Assembly: GCA_963823665.1 (NCBI GenBank)
Contig: CAWGMQ010000008.1
Coordinates: 160,001 to 224,000 of the forward strand
Direction of reading: 5' to 3'
DNA length: 64,000 bases
DNA from: an uncultured Planctomycetota bacterium
Lineage (GTDB): Bacteria; Planctomycetota; Planctomycetia; Isosphaerales; Isosphaeraceae
A program made the position numbers and the translations under genes. Positions within the stretch are counted from its first letter, which is position 1, and each line of letters begins with the position of its first letter. The notes beneath the pieces are model-generated. The model saw only the letters and a program-made list of their open reading frames with translations, made no database searches and was not told the DNA's origin. Below are positions 10,813-22,335 of this stretch, one piece after another.

Positions 10813-12918
10813 TCAGGGTGAAAGAACCAGAAGCACCAGCAGAAGAACCACGACGCAAAGCACCGATGCCCCGGCATAGAACTGAACCAACCCATTCTGG
10901 TATCTGGCCAGAACGATGCGGCCGAACCCGCGCGGAATCTTGGCGATGGCCCGCGCCAGCCCGTCCACGAAATAGGCATCCACAAAATCGCAAATGATAC
11001 CAAATGCGCGAGTCGGCCGGGCGATCAGCCACTCATAGAATTCATCAATGTAGAATTTGTTGAGTGACGCTTCATAGAGTGGCTTGGTTCTTCCCGCGAG
11101 CAGCCTGTTCAGCATTGGCTCGTAGAGCGGTTTCACTCGGCCGGCGATCTGGCCCGCCATCTCGTCTGCCCCGTAGAGCATGTAGCTGAGGACGATTCCG
11201 GCCAGGGCGGCCAAGGTACCCGTCATGGCCGTCGCCCAGTCGAAGTGGTGCTCGAAGTGCCCCAGCGACTCAAAGCCGAAGGTGAACTGAAGGTGATGCG
11301 CAAACCATTCGGTCGTTCCCGCAAACGGGCCCGCCAGCAAGCAGATGAGCCCGATCAACACGGTGCAACCCGCCAGCGCGATCAAGGGGTAAGTCATGAT
11401 CGGCGGCGATTCGTGCCCGACGTGTCCGCCGGAATCGTGGCCGTGCCCGTTCGACTGGGGGTCCGGTGCATGTGAATGGTCGGGCGCGGCGGCGTCGCTC
11501 GGCGCCGCCGCGCTCGCCACCTCGGGATCGTCGGGCCTCGGCAGCTTCTCCGGGCCCCAGAACGTCATGAAGAAAGCTCGCCCGGTGTAGAACGCCGTCA
11601 TGAAGGCCGTGACGACTGCCAGCACGTAAACGAGAGTGTAAACCCAGTGCCAGGCGAGCCCGAGCTCGCGGGCCGTTCCAGCCGCGGACTTGATCGACGT
11701 CAGGATTTCATCCTTGCTGAAAAAGCCGGAGAGTGGGAATACCCCGGAAAGCGCGAGCGCTCCCACGGCAAACGTTGCGCACGTGAAAGGCAGCCGGTGG
11801 CGCAGGCCGCGGAATCGACGCATGTCGATCACGTCTCCCATCGCATGCATCACGCTGCCGGATGCGAGGAAGAGCAATGCCTTGAAGAATGCGTGGGTGA
11901 AGAGGTGAAACATCGCCGCCACGACGGCGAGCTGGGCCACATTGCCAACACCCGCGCCGAGCGCCATGAACATGTAGCCGAGCTGGCTGACCGTGGAATA
12001 AGCCATCACCCGCTTGAGGTCGTTCTGCGTCACCGCGATCGATGCCGCGAGCAATGCGGTCGCGCAGCCGGTCACCGAGATCAAGACCAGCACGCCGGGG
12101 GCCAGCGTGAACAGCGGCATCGATCGCGCCACGAGGTACACGCCGGCCGTCACCATCGTGGCCGCGTGGATCAGCGCCGAGACAGGCGTCGGGCCTTCCA
12201 TGGCGTCCGGCAACCAGACGTAGAGCGGGATCTGGGCGCTCTTCGCCGTCGCCGCCCAGAAGAGCAAGAGCGAGATGCCGGCGATGGCCGCTGCCGGCAG
12301 CTTATGCAGCGTGCCTTCGGCGAACACGTTGCTGTAGCTCAGATCGTGGTTCGGGACAATCGACCACATCCAGAAAATGGCGATTGCAAAGCCGAAGTCC
12401 CCGATCCGATTGACCAGAAACGCCTTCATGGCAGCCGCTGCCGCCTTGGGCCGGGTGTGCCAGAAGCCCACCAGCAGATAGCTGCACACGCCCACGCCTT
12501 CCCAGAAGGCATAGGTGAGCACATAGTTGTTCGAGAGCACCAGACCCGTCATCGAGGTGACGAACAGGCCGATCAAGGCGAAGAATCGAGGATAGGCAGG
12601 GTCGCCCGCCATGTATCCCGCCGCGTAGACCGCCACCAGCGTCGAGACGAACGTAACCATCGAGAGCATCATCGTGGTGAGGCCGTCGATGCGAAACTCG
12701 ATCGGCACGTCGAGCTGGCTCACTGTCAGCCAGCGCGTCACCACGACCGTGTTCGTCGTCGAAGCAGCGCCCAGGAGCCCGAGCGAAACCAGGAACGCGA
12801 GCGCGATGCCGCCGGCGACCGGAATATGCGCAAGCTCGCGCACTCGCTTCGGCCCCAGCACCGCGATGGCGGCGCCCAGAAGCGGGAAGAACGGAATCAG
12901 CCAGGCAAGATGAATCAT
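10813..12918 (-). CDS. nuoL: NADH-quinone oxidoreductase subunit L
   Basis: KSAQIPLYVWLPDAMEGPTPVSALIHAATMV, HAFFKALLFL. Confidence 0.95.
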   Translation of the reverse strand: MIHLAWLIPFFPLLGAAIAVLGPKRVRELAHIPVAGGIALAFLVSLGLLGAASTTNTVVVTRWLTVSQLDVPIEFRIDGLTTMMLSMVTFVSTLVAVYAAGYMAGDPAYPRFFALIGLFVTSMTGLVLSNNYVLTYAFWEGVGVCSYLLVGFWHTRPKAAAAAMKAFLVNRIGDFGFAIAIFWMWSIVPNHDLSYSNVFAEGTLHKLPAAAIAGISLLLFWAATAKSAQIPLYVWLPDAMEGPTPVSALIHAATMVTAGVYLVARSMPLFTLAPGVLVLISVTGCATALLAASIAVTQNDLKRVMAYSTVSQLGYMFMALGAGVGNVAQLAVVAAMFHLFTHAFFKALLFLASGSVMHAMGDVIDMRRFRGLRHRLPFTCATFAVGALALSGVFPLSGFFSKDEILTSIKSAAGTARELGLAWHWVYTLVYVLAVVTAFMTAFYTGRAFFMTFWGPEKLPRPDDPEVASAAAPSDAAAPDHSHAPDPQSNGHGHDSGGHVGHESPPIMTYPLIALAGCTVLIGLICLLAGPFAGTTEWFAHHLQFTFGFESLGHFEHHFDWATAMTGTLAALAGIVLSYMLYGADEMAGQIAGRVKPLYEPMLNRLLAGRTKPLYEASLNKFYIDEFYEWLIARPTRAFGIICDFVDAYFVDGLARAIAKIPRGFGRIVLARYQNGLVQFYAGASVLCVVVLLLVLLVLSP

Positions 12919-12931
12919 TCTATGGTTCCAT

Positions 12932-13405
12932 TTAGCGCCGGCGCTCGATCCACGGCTGGACCGGGTGCGCGGGCTCGACGCCCGCGGGCGCGAGGTGCGG
13001 GTATGACTCCGGGCCGGGCGCCGCTTCGATCGGTTCGGCCGCCAGAGTCTCTTCCATCTCCTCCTCGGCCTTCACACCTGCCTCACGGATATCCTGCCAA
13101 AGTGTGACGTCCAGCGACGAACGGCGGTTGTACAGCACCACGATCAAGGCCAGCGCGATCGATGCCTCGCAAGCCGCGACAGTCAGGATGACGATCGTGA
13201 AGACCTGCCCGGTCCACGTGCCGTGGTAGCGGCCGAACCCGACCAGCGAAAGCGCGATTCCTTGCAGCATCATCTCGACCGAGAGGAACATCACGATCAA
13301 ATTGCGGCGCGAAAGGAACCCCAGCATTCCCAGGGCGAAGAGCGCCGCCCCGATCAGCAAGTAATTCCTCAGTACGTCCAGCGTGAAGACGTCGGTGGGA
13401 GCCAT
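12932..13405 (-). CDS. nuoK: NADH-quinone oxidoreductase subunit K with acidic C-terminal extension
   Basis: RRNLIVMFLSVEMML, VAACEASIALAL. Confidence 0.93.
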   Translation of the reverse strand: MAPTDVFTLDVLRNYLLIGAALFALGMLGFLSRRNLIVMFLSVEMMLQGIALSLVGFGRYHGTWTGQVFTIVILTVAACEASIALALIVVLYNRRSSLDVTLWQDIREAGVKAEEEMEETLAAEPIEAAPGPESYPHLAPAGVEPAHPVQPWIERRR

Positions 13406-13484
13406 TGCATTTTGTGCTCGAAAAGGCGCTGTGCGCGATTTATGTTCGGATGCTCAGATAAGTAACGCAAGCGTTCGCGGGTCA

Positions 13485-14330
13485 TCAAGCCTCTGCCGGC
13501 GGCTTGGGCGGCTTGGGGTCGGTGATCACGACTGCGCCGACGAGCGCAACAAACAAGAGGACTCCCGCCAGACCGACCGTCACCAGATGAGTCGTGTAAA
13601 GCGACTCACCCAGCCCGGCGACATTCGGCTTTCGTTGGCCATCCGCATTCGAGATCATGCTGGTCGGGGGCAGCACGCGCTCGGCGGCGGCGCTGAATGA
13701 GCCCGCCGGGTCCAGATGGTACAGCTTGCGGAACTCCCGCGCCCGCGTCACATCAGCTACTCGCGCGGACGGCGGGCCTCCCAACTTGGCTGGGTCTGGC
13801 ATCGGCGTGAATAGAACGGCGGAGAGCGAGTAGATCAAACACCACAGGAGCAGGAAGCACGTGAAGGTCGCTGGGCCGGGAGCTCGGGCAGCGCGGTCGT
13901 AAATCGCTTTACCCTCCATCTGCGCCAGCATGATCACGAACAGAAACGTGACGATGATCGCGCCGGCGTACACGATCACCGTGCCGGCCGCGAGAAACGA
14001 TGCGTCTGCGAGCAGGAAGAGGCCCGCTGTTGCGATCACGACCATCGCGAACCAGAGTGCGCTATAAACGGGATTGCGGCTGGTGATCGTGAGCACGCCA
14101 CCGGCGATGGCACCGATGCCGAAAACGTAAAAGAAAAACCCAGCCATCGGCTCCCCGGGCGGCTTCCAGAAGACGAGAAACAACAGCAGGCCCAAGCTGG
14201 CCGAAAGCGCGCCTGCGGCGTGCACGCGACGCGGCCGAGCAGCTCCATGCTTGTGCGGTAGCAGCAAGTACGTTCCGGCCGCCCCCAAGAGTACGACGAA
14301 TGCGGCCATGATCACGTCAGCGGTCGTCAT
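13485..14330 (-). CDS. nuoJ: NADH-quinone oxidoreductase subunit J
   Basis: RNPVYSALW, VYAGAIIVTFLFVIML. Confidence 0.93.
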   Translation of the reverse strand: MTTADVIMAAFVVLLGAAGTYLLLPHKHGAARPRRVHAAGALSASLGLLLFLVFWKPPGEPMAGFFFYVFGIGAIAGGVLTITSRNPVYSALWFAMVVIATAGLFLLADASFLAAGTVIVYAGAIIVTFLFVIMLAQMEGKAIYDRAARAPGPATFTCFLLLWCLIYSLSAVLFTPMPDPAKLGGPPSARVADVTRAREFRKLYHLDPAGSFSAAAERVLPPTSMISNADGQRKPNVAGLGESLYTTHLVTVGLAGVLLFVALVGAVVITDPKPPKPPAEA

Positions 14331-14872
14331 CGCGGCTCTGCCTTCCCATACGGCATCGGCTCCTGGTCTTTCGTGGCGTCGTAGACCGAAAGGAGCTTCG
14401 TCTTGTCGAAGATCATTCCCTCCCGGGTCAGCCCCGTCAGGTCATAGAGCGCGGTCAGCTCGATCGCTTCAACGGGACAGGCCTCCTCGCACATCCCACA
14501 ATAAATGCAGCGCAGCTCGTCGATGACGAAGTTCTCCGGGTATTTTTCCCGGTCGGGCCAGGAGGGTGGTGCGGTGGCGCCTACGATGTCGATGCAATGC
14601 GCAGGGCAGGCCGTTGCGCACAGCATGCAGGCCACGCATTTCACGCGCCCGTGCTCATCCTTGTTGAGCCGGTGAACTCCGCGGTAATTCGGGCTGGGAA
14701 CGTGCTGTTCCTCGGGATACTGCATCGTGATCGCCTTGCCGCCAAACATCACCCCGCCGATATGCGCGCGCCGTCACTGCCAGCCCGCCGGCGATCGGGA
14801 AAAGATAGAACCGCTCTAGCACGTTCAGCCGCGGCGGCTCGATCTTCTTGAGCTTGGGATCATCGGGCGCAC
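14327..14872 (-). CDS. nuoI: NADH-quinone oxidoreductase subunit I (indels in the 5' part)
   Basis: Two ferredoxin motifs CVACMLCATACP and CIYCGMCEEACP; N-terminal PDDPKLKKIEPP...LERFYLFPIAGGL is in another frame; start approximate. Confidence 0.9.
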
Positions 14873-14887
14873 TCGATCCTCCTTCAA

Positions 14888-15928
14888 TTAGCTGTGAATC
14901 AATTGCACGATAATCGCGGTTGCGACCAGATTGATGAGTGCCAGCGGAATCAGCGACTTCCAGGCAAGGTCCATGAGCTGGTCGTAGCGAAATCTCGGGA
15001 GCGTCCAGCGAACCCACATGATGATCAGGATCATCACGGCCACCTTGAAGAGGATGACGCCGCATTTGACGAGCGCGATGAAGAAGCCGGTCTGCTCCTG
15101 GCTCAGAAAAAACGGCAGGTCCCAACCACCGAAGAACAGGATCACCGTCATGAAGCTCATGTTGATTACGTGTACGTATTCGCCGAGAAAAAACATGCCG
15201 AACTTCATGCCCGAATACTCAGTGTGAAAGCCGCCCACGAGCTCCTGCTCCGATTCGGGCAAGTCGAACGGCAGCCGATTGGTCTCGGCGAACGAGCTGA
15301 TCAAGAAAATCAAGAACCCGACCGGTGATATGAAGAACCCCCAGACGTGATGGTCCTGCCAGTTGATCATCGCATTCAGGTCGAGCGTGCTCATGGCCAG
15401 AACGACGCCCAGAATCGAAAGGCCAAGTGGGATCTCATAGCTGATCAACTGGGCGCTCGAGCGGAGCGCACCAATAAAGGAGTATTTGTTATTGGAGGCC
15501 CATCCGGCCAGAATCACGCCGTAAACCGCCAGGCTACTGATGGCGAAGATATAGAGGATGCCGATGTCGACGCCCGGCGCGATCTGGAAGCTCCAGTTCT
15601 GCCAATCGTCACTCCACACCGGGCCGAACGGTATGACGGCGAAGGCGACCAGGGCCGCGATGATCGCGATCAAGGGTGCCAGCATGTAGAGCGGCTTGTT
15701 GACGTAGCGCGGCACGACGCCTTCCTTCAGAAGCATCTTGGCACCATCGGCCAGCGGCTGCAGCAGGCCGAAGGGAATACCGAACTCGCGGCCCGCACGG
15801 TTGGGGCCGATGCGGTCTTGCGCAAAAGCGGCCACCTTCCGCTCGACATAGATCAGGTAGGCCACCGCGCCCAAGAGCACGCTGGCGACCACGACAATCT
15901 TGAAAGTAATACCCAGAAGCAACAGCAT
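14888..15928 (-). CDS. nuoH: NADH-quinone oxidoreductase subunit H
   Basis: ERKVAAFAQDRIGP, ETNRLPFDLPESEQELVGGFHTEYSG, PRFRYDQLM. Confidence 0.95.
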   Translation of the reverse strand: MLLLLGITFKIVVVASVLLGAVAYLIYVERKVAAFAQDRIGPNRAGREFGIPFGLLQPLADGAKMLLKEGVVPRYVNKPLYMLAPLIAIIAALVAFAVIPFGPVWSDDWQNWSFQIAPGVDIGILYIFAISSLAVYGVILAGWASNNKYSFIGALRSSAQLISYEIPLGLSILGVVLAMSTLDLNAMINWQDHHVWGFFISPVGFLIFLISSFAETNRLPFDLPESEQELVGGFHTEYSGMKFGMFFLGEYVHVINMSFMTVILFFGGWDLPFFLSQEQTGFFIALVKCGVILFKVAVMILIIMWVRWTLPRFRYDQLMDLAWKSLIPLALINLVATAIIVQLIHS

Positions 15929-16012
15929 CGACTCAAATCCTGCCTGACTCTTGTCTCATTTGATCATTCGGAACATGTTGCGTCAGCCGCCCGGCCGATT
16001 CGATTCTTTCAT

Positions 16013-17761
16013 CTACCGTGCGCGGGCCGCGCCATGGGCGAGAAACCACGTATCGGTGAAGGTCACACCCCCCCGACGCCCATCGGCCGGCGCGGCGGCG
16101 CCCAAAAGCACGCCGTGCACTGGCAGTTTTCCTCCATTGGCGACGGCGAACGCCGGTATCAGCCCGGCGACCTCGGCAAGCACCGTGCTCGACTCAATCG
16201 GTCCGCCTCCCGGCCGATGCAGCAGAATCGCCAGGAGATCGAGGTCCGGTAGTGAGCCGTCGCGGGGCGGGAGCGCTGCTTCGGCGTACTGCAAACGGCC
16301 GTCGGCGTTCACGTAGCAGCCCGCCTTTTCGGCGAATGTCGCCCCGGCCAAGACGACGTCGGCGCGGTGCGCAAGAGGTGTCACATTCGTGTCCTGTACC
16401 ACCAGGAACTTCACTCTTGAGCGAAGCGCCTCGCTCCCGGCTTCGTCGATCCAGGGGTCGATCGCGTCCGAGACGACATACAGCCCTTGAAACTCACCCG
16501 CGGCCGCCCGCCGAACCAGCTCGTCGTAGCCTGTCACATTGCCTTCGAAGTGCTCGAGAACCGCGGAAACCCCGCGCCGGTTGGGGCATTTTTCCGCGTG
16601 GATCGTGAAGGGCCGCGGCACCACGAAGCTCGTGTCACCCGTCCGCCCCTTGGTCTGGTCGGGCTGAAAGGTCTGGTCCGTTCCGCTCGAGAGGACCGGC
16701 CCCAGCGTCAGAACATTGGCCGGGTTCAGCCCCTTGATATAAGACGCAGCGAGGTAAGCTTCCTCGACGGTCAAGAACGGGGAGAGCACACCCGCCACGA
16801 TTCCGCCCGCCTCGCAAATCTCCTTGAGGCCCCGATCGGCGGCGCGGGCAGCCTCATCAATCGCGACCGGCTGGAGATCGCCGTTCTTCCGGACGTACAT
16901 CGCCCCGAGCAAGTTGGGGTTGTTCGCGGCCTTGTAGCTATATCGGCCTTCGTCGCAGATCCAGTAGTCGTTCACCAGAGGGTTGCTTCGGGGTTTGAAC
17001 CGCCAGAGTGCACCGCGATTTTCCTCGGCAGTGATGTTGCAGCCCGTCGAGCATCGCGTGCAGATGCTATTATGTTTGGACAGAAACCAGGCCCGTTGCT
17101 TGTGCAGGAAGTCTTTGTCGAGCAGGGCGCCGACCGGGCAGAGGTCGACGACGTTGCCGGCGAGAGGGTTGTCGACCGGCTCTCCCGGGAAGACGTCGAT
17201 CTCGGCATGATTGCCGCGCCTCGTCACCTGGAGCTCGCCGGTCTGGGAAATCTCACGCGTGAAGCGCACGCAGCGGGTGCACATGATGCAGCGGTCCTGG
17301 TTGAGCTGGATCAAGGGCCCGACGTCCTTCCGCGGGTTGACGGCGCGCTCCTCGACGAAGCGATGCACCGACTGTCCGTAGCGGAAGCTGTAATCCTGCA
17401 GGCCACACTCGCCCGCCTGGTCGCAGACCGGGCAGTCGAGCGGATGATTGAGCAGGAGATACTCCATGATCATCCGCTGATGCTCCTTGACCTTGGGGCT
17501 TTCGGTCACGAGCACGGTCAGGTCTTTCGCGGGCGTCTGACAGGCGGGCACCAGCTTGGGAAGCATCTTGATCTCGCCGGTCTTTGCGTCCTTCGTGCCG
17601 GTTTCGATTTCGCACATCCGGCAATTGGCGACCACGGATAGGGCCGGGTGCCAGCAGTAGTAAGGGATATCGATCCCCACCCGCTGCGCCATTTGGATGG
17701 CGTTGAGCTTCTCCCCCTCCGGGATCGTGTACTCGCTGTTATTGATGAAAATGGTTGCCAT
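16013..17761 (-). CDS. nuoG: NADH-quinone oxidoreductase subunit G (short form)
   Basis: CWHPALSVVANCRMC, HPLDCPVCDQAGECGLQ, CIMCTRCVRF. Confidence 0.93.
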   Translation of the reverse strand: MATIFINNSEYTIPEGEKLNAIQMAQRVGIDIPYYCWHPALSVVANCRMCEIETGTKDAKTGEIKMLPKLVPACQTPAKDLTVLVTESPKVKEHQRMIMEYLLLNHPLDCPVCDQAGECGLQDYSFRYGQSVHRFVEERAVNPRKDVGPLIQLNQDRCIMCTRCVRFTREISQTGELQVTRRGNHAEIDVFPGEPVDNPLAGNVVDLCPVGALLDKDFLHKQRAWFLSKHNSICTRCSTGCNITAEENRGALWRFKPRSNPLVNDYWICDEGRYSYKAANNPNLLGAMYVRKNGDLQPVAIDEAARAADRGLKEICEAGGIVAGVLSPFLTVEEAYLAASYIKGLNPANVLTLGPVLSSGTDQTFQPDQTKGRTGDTSFVVPRPFTIHAEKCPNRRGVSAVLEHFEGNVTGYDELVRRAAAGEFQGLYVVSDAIDPWIDEAGSEALRSRVKFLVVQDTNVTPLAHRADVVLAGATFAEKAGCYVNADGRLQYAEAALPPRDGSLPDLDLLAILLHRPGGGPIESSTVLAEVAGLIPAFAVANGGKLPVHGVLLGAAAPADGRRGGVTFTDTWFLAHGAARAR

Positions 17762-17775
17762 CTGGTTGCCGTTCC

Positions 17776-19170
17776 TCAGTGACTTCTTCCGCCCCCGCCC
17801 CCAAGCCCGGTTAGCACCGGCAGACCTCCCGCGGCGTTTGGAACGATCTGGGGCGTTTTGCCGTGTGCGATGTTCTCTTGCAGCGGCGTGATTTCCGCGT
17901 CGGCGTTCTGCCGGCTGCGAATGTACTCTTCGAGCTCACCTCGGAACTTGGCGACGGCGTTCTTGATCGGCCACGCGGCCCCGTCGGCCAGGCCACAAAT
18001 CGTCGTTCCCGGAATGATTCCCATGTTGTTCGCCATATGGAGCATGATGTCCAGGTCTTCGAGCCTGCCGCCGCCGGCCTTGATGCGTTTCATCATCTTG
18101 TAGAACCAGCCGGTGCCCTCGCGGCATGGAGTGCATTGTCCGCAGCTCTCGTGGGCGAAGAACCGGCACGTGTTGTAGAGGTAGTCGACGATGCTGGTCT
18201 GGTCGTCGATCACGGTCACGGCGGCCGTCCCGAGGCCCAGGCATCCCGGCTTGCGCAGGCTCTCGAAGTCGAGCGGGGTGTCAAGCTCTTCGGAGGAGAG
18301 CAGCCCCATGCTGATGCCCCCCGGCACGGCTGCCTTGGCTTTGCGACCTTTCCAGACTCCGCCGGCGTGCTCGTCGATCAAGGCGCGGCAGGTGATTCCC
18401 AGCGGAAGCTCGACGCAGACCTGCTTGTTGACGTGGCCCGAGACACAGTACAGTTTTGGTCCGTAGCTCTTGGGAGTGCCGATCGATTTGAACCAGCTCG
18501 CGCCGCGCTCCAGGATGTGGGGAACGCAGCAGAGCGTTTCGACGTTGTTGACGACCGTCGGTTTGCGAAACGCGCCTTCGATCGCCGGAAACGGCGGCTT
18601 GATCCGCGGCCAGCCCCGCTTCCCTTCCAGGCTCTCGATCAGCCCGGTCTCCTCGCCGCAGATGTAGGCGCCCGCGCCGCGGTGCAGCCAGACGTCCAGG
18701 TTGAAGCCGGTGCCGTAGATGTTCTGTCCCAGGTGGCCGGCCGAACGAGCCTCTTCGATTGCGGCCTCGAGAATCCGGTAGGCGCGGATGTACTCGAATC
18801 GAAGATACAGATAGGCGGTCGTCGCCTTGGTGGCGAAGCAGGCGATCAAGATTCCCTCGAGAAGCTGGTGCGGGTCTTTCTCCATGAGCAGGCGGTTGTT
18901 GAACGTGGCCGGCTCGCTTTCATCGGCGTTGATGCACATGAGCGTTTCCTTCCGGTCCTTGGGAAGGAACGTCCACTTGAGCCCGCACGGAAACCCGGCG
19001 CCGCCGCGGCCGCGAAGCTCTGAGTCCTTGACCAGCGTCACCACGGAGTCGGGATCGCTCGCCAGCGCCTTGCGCGCGGCCTGGTAACCTCCCCGCGACT
19101 CATACACCTTGAGCGTATGGCCATCGGTGACGTTCCAGTTTCGGCTGAGCACGGGTTCAAACTCGGGCAC
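17776..19170 (-). CDS. nuoF: NADH-quinone oxidoreductase subunit F
   Basis: LRGRGGAGF, GAGAYICGEETGLIESLEG, ESCGQCTPCREG. Confidence 0.95.
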   Translation of the reverse strand: MPEFEPVLSRNWNVTDGHTLKVYESRGGYQAARKALASDPDSVVTLVKDSELRGRGGAGFPCGLKWTFLPKDRKETLMCINADESEPATFNNRLLMEKDPHQLLEGILIACFATKATTAYLYLRFEYIRAYRILEAAIEEARSAGHLGQNIYGTGFNLDVWLHRGAGAYICGEETGLIESLEGKRGWPRIKPPFPAIEGAFRKPTVVNNVETLCCVPHILERGASWFKSIGTPKSYGPKLYCVSGHVNKQVCVELPLGITCRALIDEHAGGVWKGRKAKAAVPGGISMGLLSSEELDTPLDFESLRKPGCLGLGTAAVTVIDDQTSIVDYLYNTCRFFAHESCGQCTPCREGTGWFYKMMKRIKAGGGRLEDLDIMLHMANNMGIIPGTTICGLADGAAWPIKNAVAKFRGELEEYIRSRQNADAEITPLQENIAHGKTPQIVPNAAGGLPVLTGLGGGGGRSH

Positions 19171-19252
19171 AGACTCGAGCTCCTCAGCAAGTAATTACCT
19201 TGAGTCTCTTCACCTCGAACTCCCATCAGCTATCCGTCAGACTGACCGCCCG

Positions 19253-19790
19253 TCACCGCGGGCGAGCACCCAGTTCCGCGAGCATCCGATCCACTTGAGC
19301 CTCGTCGAGCGGCCCGAAAACACGACCGTCGTCGGCCAGGGCGGCCGGGGCGAAGTCGCAGATTCCCAGGCATTCGGCGAAATCAACGGTCAGCTCGCCT
19401 GCCATGGTGGTCGCGCCCGGCTCGATTCCCAGCTTGCTGGCAGGCATGCCCGAGCATCTCGTCGCCGCCGCTGAGCATGCACGAGAGCGATCGGCAGATC
19501 CAGACGCGCACGTCGCCGATCGGCGCCTGCGGGAAAAAGCCGTAGAAGCTCATCGTGTCGTGAACTTCCGCCGCCGTGATCTCCAAGAGCTCGGCGATCT
19601 CGGCCATCGCTTGCAGCGGCACGCACCGCAGGTGCTCTTGCACCAGGTGCAATGCCGGCAGGGTGACCGCACGCTTGCTCGGATAACGCGGAAACAACGA
19701 GCAGATCTTCTCCTTGAGGGGTTCGGAGATGATCGGGATTCGCTCCGGTTTGTTGTTCACGCTGACGGGATCAAGAGGCATCTCGGTCAT
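19253..19790 (-). CDS. nuoE: NADH-quinone oxidoreductase subunit E (one indel)
   Basis: CRSLSC in one frame, ECLGICDFAP in the next. Confidence 0.9.
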
Positions 19791-19823
19791 TTCCTGTCGA
19801 AGATCGATGCAAAAAGTTCTCGG

Positions 19824-21048
19824 TCAACGGTCAAGCTCGGCGGCAATGATGTTCAAGCTGCCCAGCACGGCCACGACGTCGGCCAGCATGAGTCCCTTGA
19901 TGATCTTGGGAAATACGGCAAAGTGAATGAACGAGGGGGGCCGCGTCCGCACCCGCCAGGCTGTCTGGCTGCCGTCGCAGACGAGGTAGTAGCCGAGCTC
20001 GCCGTTAGGGCTTTCCACCGCCGCGTAAATCTCGTCGCGCGGAGTCTCGACGCCTCGGTTGGGCATGATCAGCTCGAAATGCTGGATCAAGCCTTCCATG
20101 CTGTTGTACGTCGTGAGCTTGTCGGGCAGGGGGAACTTCTCGGCGATCGGCACGTTCACCGGTCCTTTGGGCAGTTGCTTGATTGCCTGCGTGAGAATCT
20201 TGTGGCTCTGCCGCATCTCTTCCATGCGCACGATGAACCGCGCCCAGGAATCGCCCTCGTCGGTGTAAGGCACCTCGAAATCGAGCTCGGGGTAGACCAG
20301 GTAGGGTACGTCCTTGCGGAGGTCGCTCGTCACGCCGCTTGCCCGCGCAATCGGGCCCGGTGCAGGAGTAGGCGACGGCATCGGCCTTCGAGAGTACACC
20401 GACCTTTCGCAGGCGGTCGAGAAATATGCGGTTCGCGAAAAAGCAGCTTCTCCATGTCGGTGTAGACCTGGGGAAAGCTGTCGAGGACCGCCTGGATTCG
20501 ATTGAGCACACGATCGTTGAAGTCCTGCAAGACTCCGCCTACTCGGGTGTAACCTGGGTGAAAGCGGTAGCCCGACATCTCTTCGTAGACGTCGTAGATC
20601 AGCTCGCGCAGGTTGAAGGCGTAGAGAAAGGCGGTGAACGCCCCGAGATCGAGCGCGGCGGCGCCGGTGCAGAGCAGGTGATCGCTGATTCGTGCCAGCT
20701 CGGAGATGATGACGCGGATGTACTGACAGCGCGGGGTCAGCTCGATGTCCCAGCAGCTTCTCGACCGCGTGGTGCCACGCCACCTCGTTCATCGGCGGGC
20801 TGATGTAGTTCTTGCGGTCGACGATGGTGACGTACTGGTTGAAATTCAAATGCTCGCCAAGCTTCTCGAATCCCGGAGTGCAGATACCCGATGTCGGGCG
20901 TGGCTCGTTCGACCCGCTCACCGTCGAGCTCGAGGATGAGCCGGAGCGTGGTGTGCGTGGCCGGATGCTGGGGCCCGAAGTTGAGCGTCCAGGTCGCCTG
21001 TTTCTGCTCTGATGCCAGGGCGGGTTCGTCGAGCAAGTCGGTCGTCAT
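19824..21048 (-). CDS. nuoD: NADH-quinone oxidoreductase subunit D (several indels)
   Basis: [45 protein letters not shown] spread over several frames. Confidence 0.92.
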
Positions 21049-21615
21049 CCCGTCTCCATGATGAATGGCGTGGCGAGAGTCATGATTCGCCCCGGGAGAT
21101 CCTTGGGGAAATTGTGGCGCTCGCCCCGGCCGCGCAGCGGATAGTCCTTGCGGAGCGGGTAGGCGGTGAATTCCTCGGGCATCAAAATGCGCCGCAGGTC
21201 GGGGTGGCCGATAAATCGGATACCGAACATATCAAATACTTCGCGTTCCATCCAGTCCGCGCCGGGCCAGAGGGGCACGGCCGAGGGGAGTGCCGGGTCG
21301 GGGTCATCGACTCCCGCCTTGACGATCAAGCACTCCGAGCTGTCGAGGTTGCGCAGCACGTAGTGCACCTCGATAGCGCCGCCGTGTCCAGCCGGGGTAG
21401 CCCAGGTAGTCGGTCGCGCCCAGTTCCGAAAGCAGATTGAACCCGCACTTGCTCTTGAGCGTCTCGAGCAGTTCCTGGAGCCGCTCTACCGGCACGAACA
21501 GCCGCAGGTTGTCGCGAAAGCGCGACATGCTGAAGACGCCCTCGCCAAGCTCTCTGTCGAGCTTGTCAAGGGTCGCGGCGTGGGGATCAACGGCGATGGA
21601 CAAGTCACTGCTCAT
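21045..21615 (-). CDS. nuoC: NADH-quinone oxidoreductase subunit C (one indel)
   Basis: [10 protein letters not shown] start; [35 protein letters not shown]. Confidence 0.9.
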
Positions 21616-21622
21616 GGAAGTT

Positions 21623-22335
21623 CTAGCGTGATTCCGCTTCCCCGAGCTCGGCCTCGCCGCCGGGGAGGCGGTAGCCGAACCGTTCTTCGTCTCCGCGCTC
21701 GTGCGCGATCGCGCGCCCGGCGGCGCCGAGCACTGATCGGCCAGGTATTTCTCGCGCTCGAGTTGCTCGGGAAGCCCTCCTGCGCCCGACATCGTTCCAC
21801 CTTTCTGGATCTTTTCCTGGATGTCGATCAACGCCCGGAGGATCTGCTCGGGCCGCGGTGGACACCCGGGAATGTAGACGTCGACCGGCATGAATCGGTC
21901 GACTCCCTGCACCACCGCGTATGTGTCGAATACGCCCCCAGTCGATGCGCAGGCACCCATGCTGATGCACCACTTGGGCTCGGGCATCTGCAGCCAGATT
22001 CGCTGCAGAACGGGCATCATCTTCATGGCGACCCGCCCGGCGACGATCATCAGGTCGCACTGTCGCGGGCTGAAGCGCATCACCTCGGCGCCGAACCGGG
22101 CGATATCGAACCGGCTCGCTCCGACGGCCATCAGTTCAATCCCGCAGCAGGCCGTCGCGAACGGCATGGGCCACAAGCTGTACTTGCGGCACCAGTTCAC
22201 CACCGAGTCGCGCTTGGTCACGAATGTATTTTCGGGCATCGCGCCGGCTCCCGAGGGCGCGACCTGAAGGTTCGCGCCCACCGCTCGCCGCAATTCCGCG
22301 GGCAGCGATCCCCCATCCCGGTTGCCTATCGCCAT
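21623..22335 (-). CDS. nuoB: NADH-quinone oxidoreductase subunit B (indel near the C-terminus)
   Basis: [35 protein letters not shown]. Confidence 0.92.

Noticed and set aside
11476..13107. 543-aa plus-strand ORF, and similar long antisense ORFs (16-756, 16487-17641, 57606-59393)
   Set aside because: Shadow frames opposite well-supported genes, expected in high-GC DNA.
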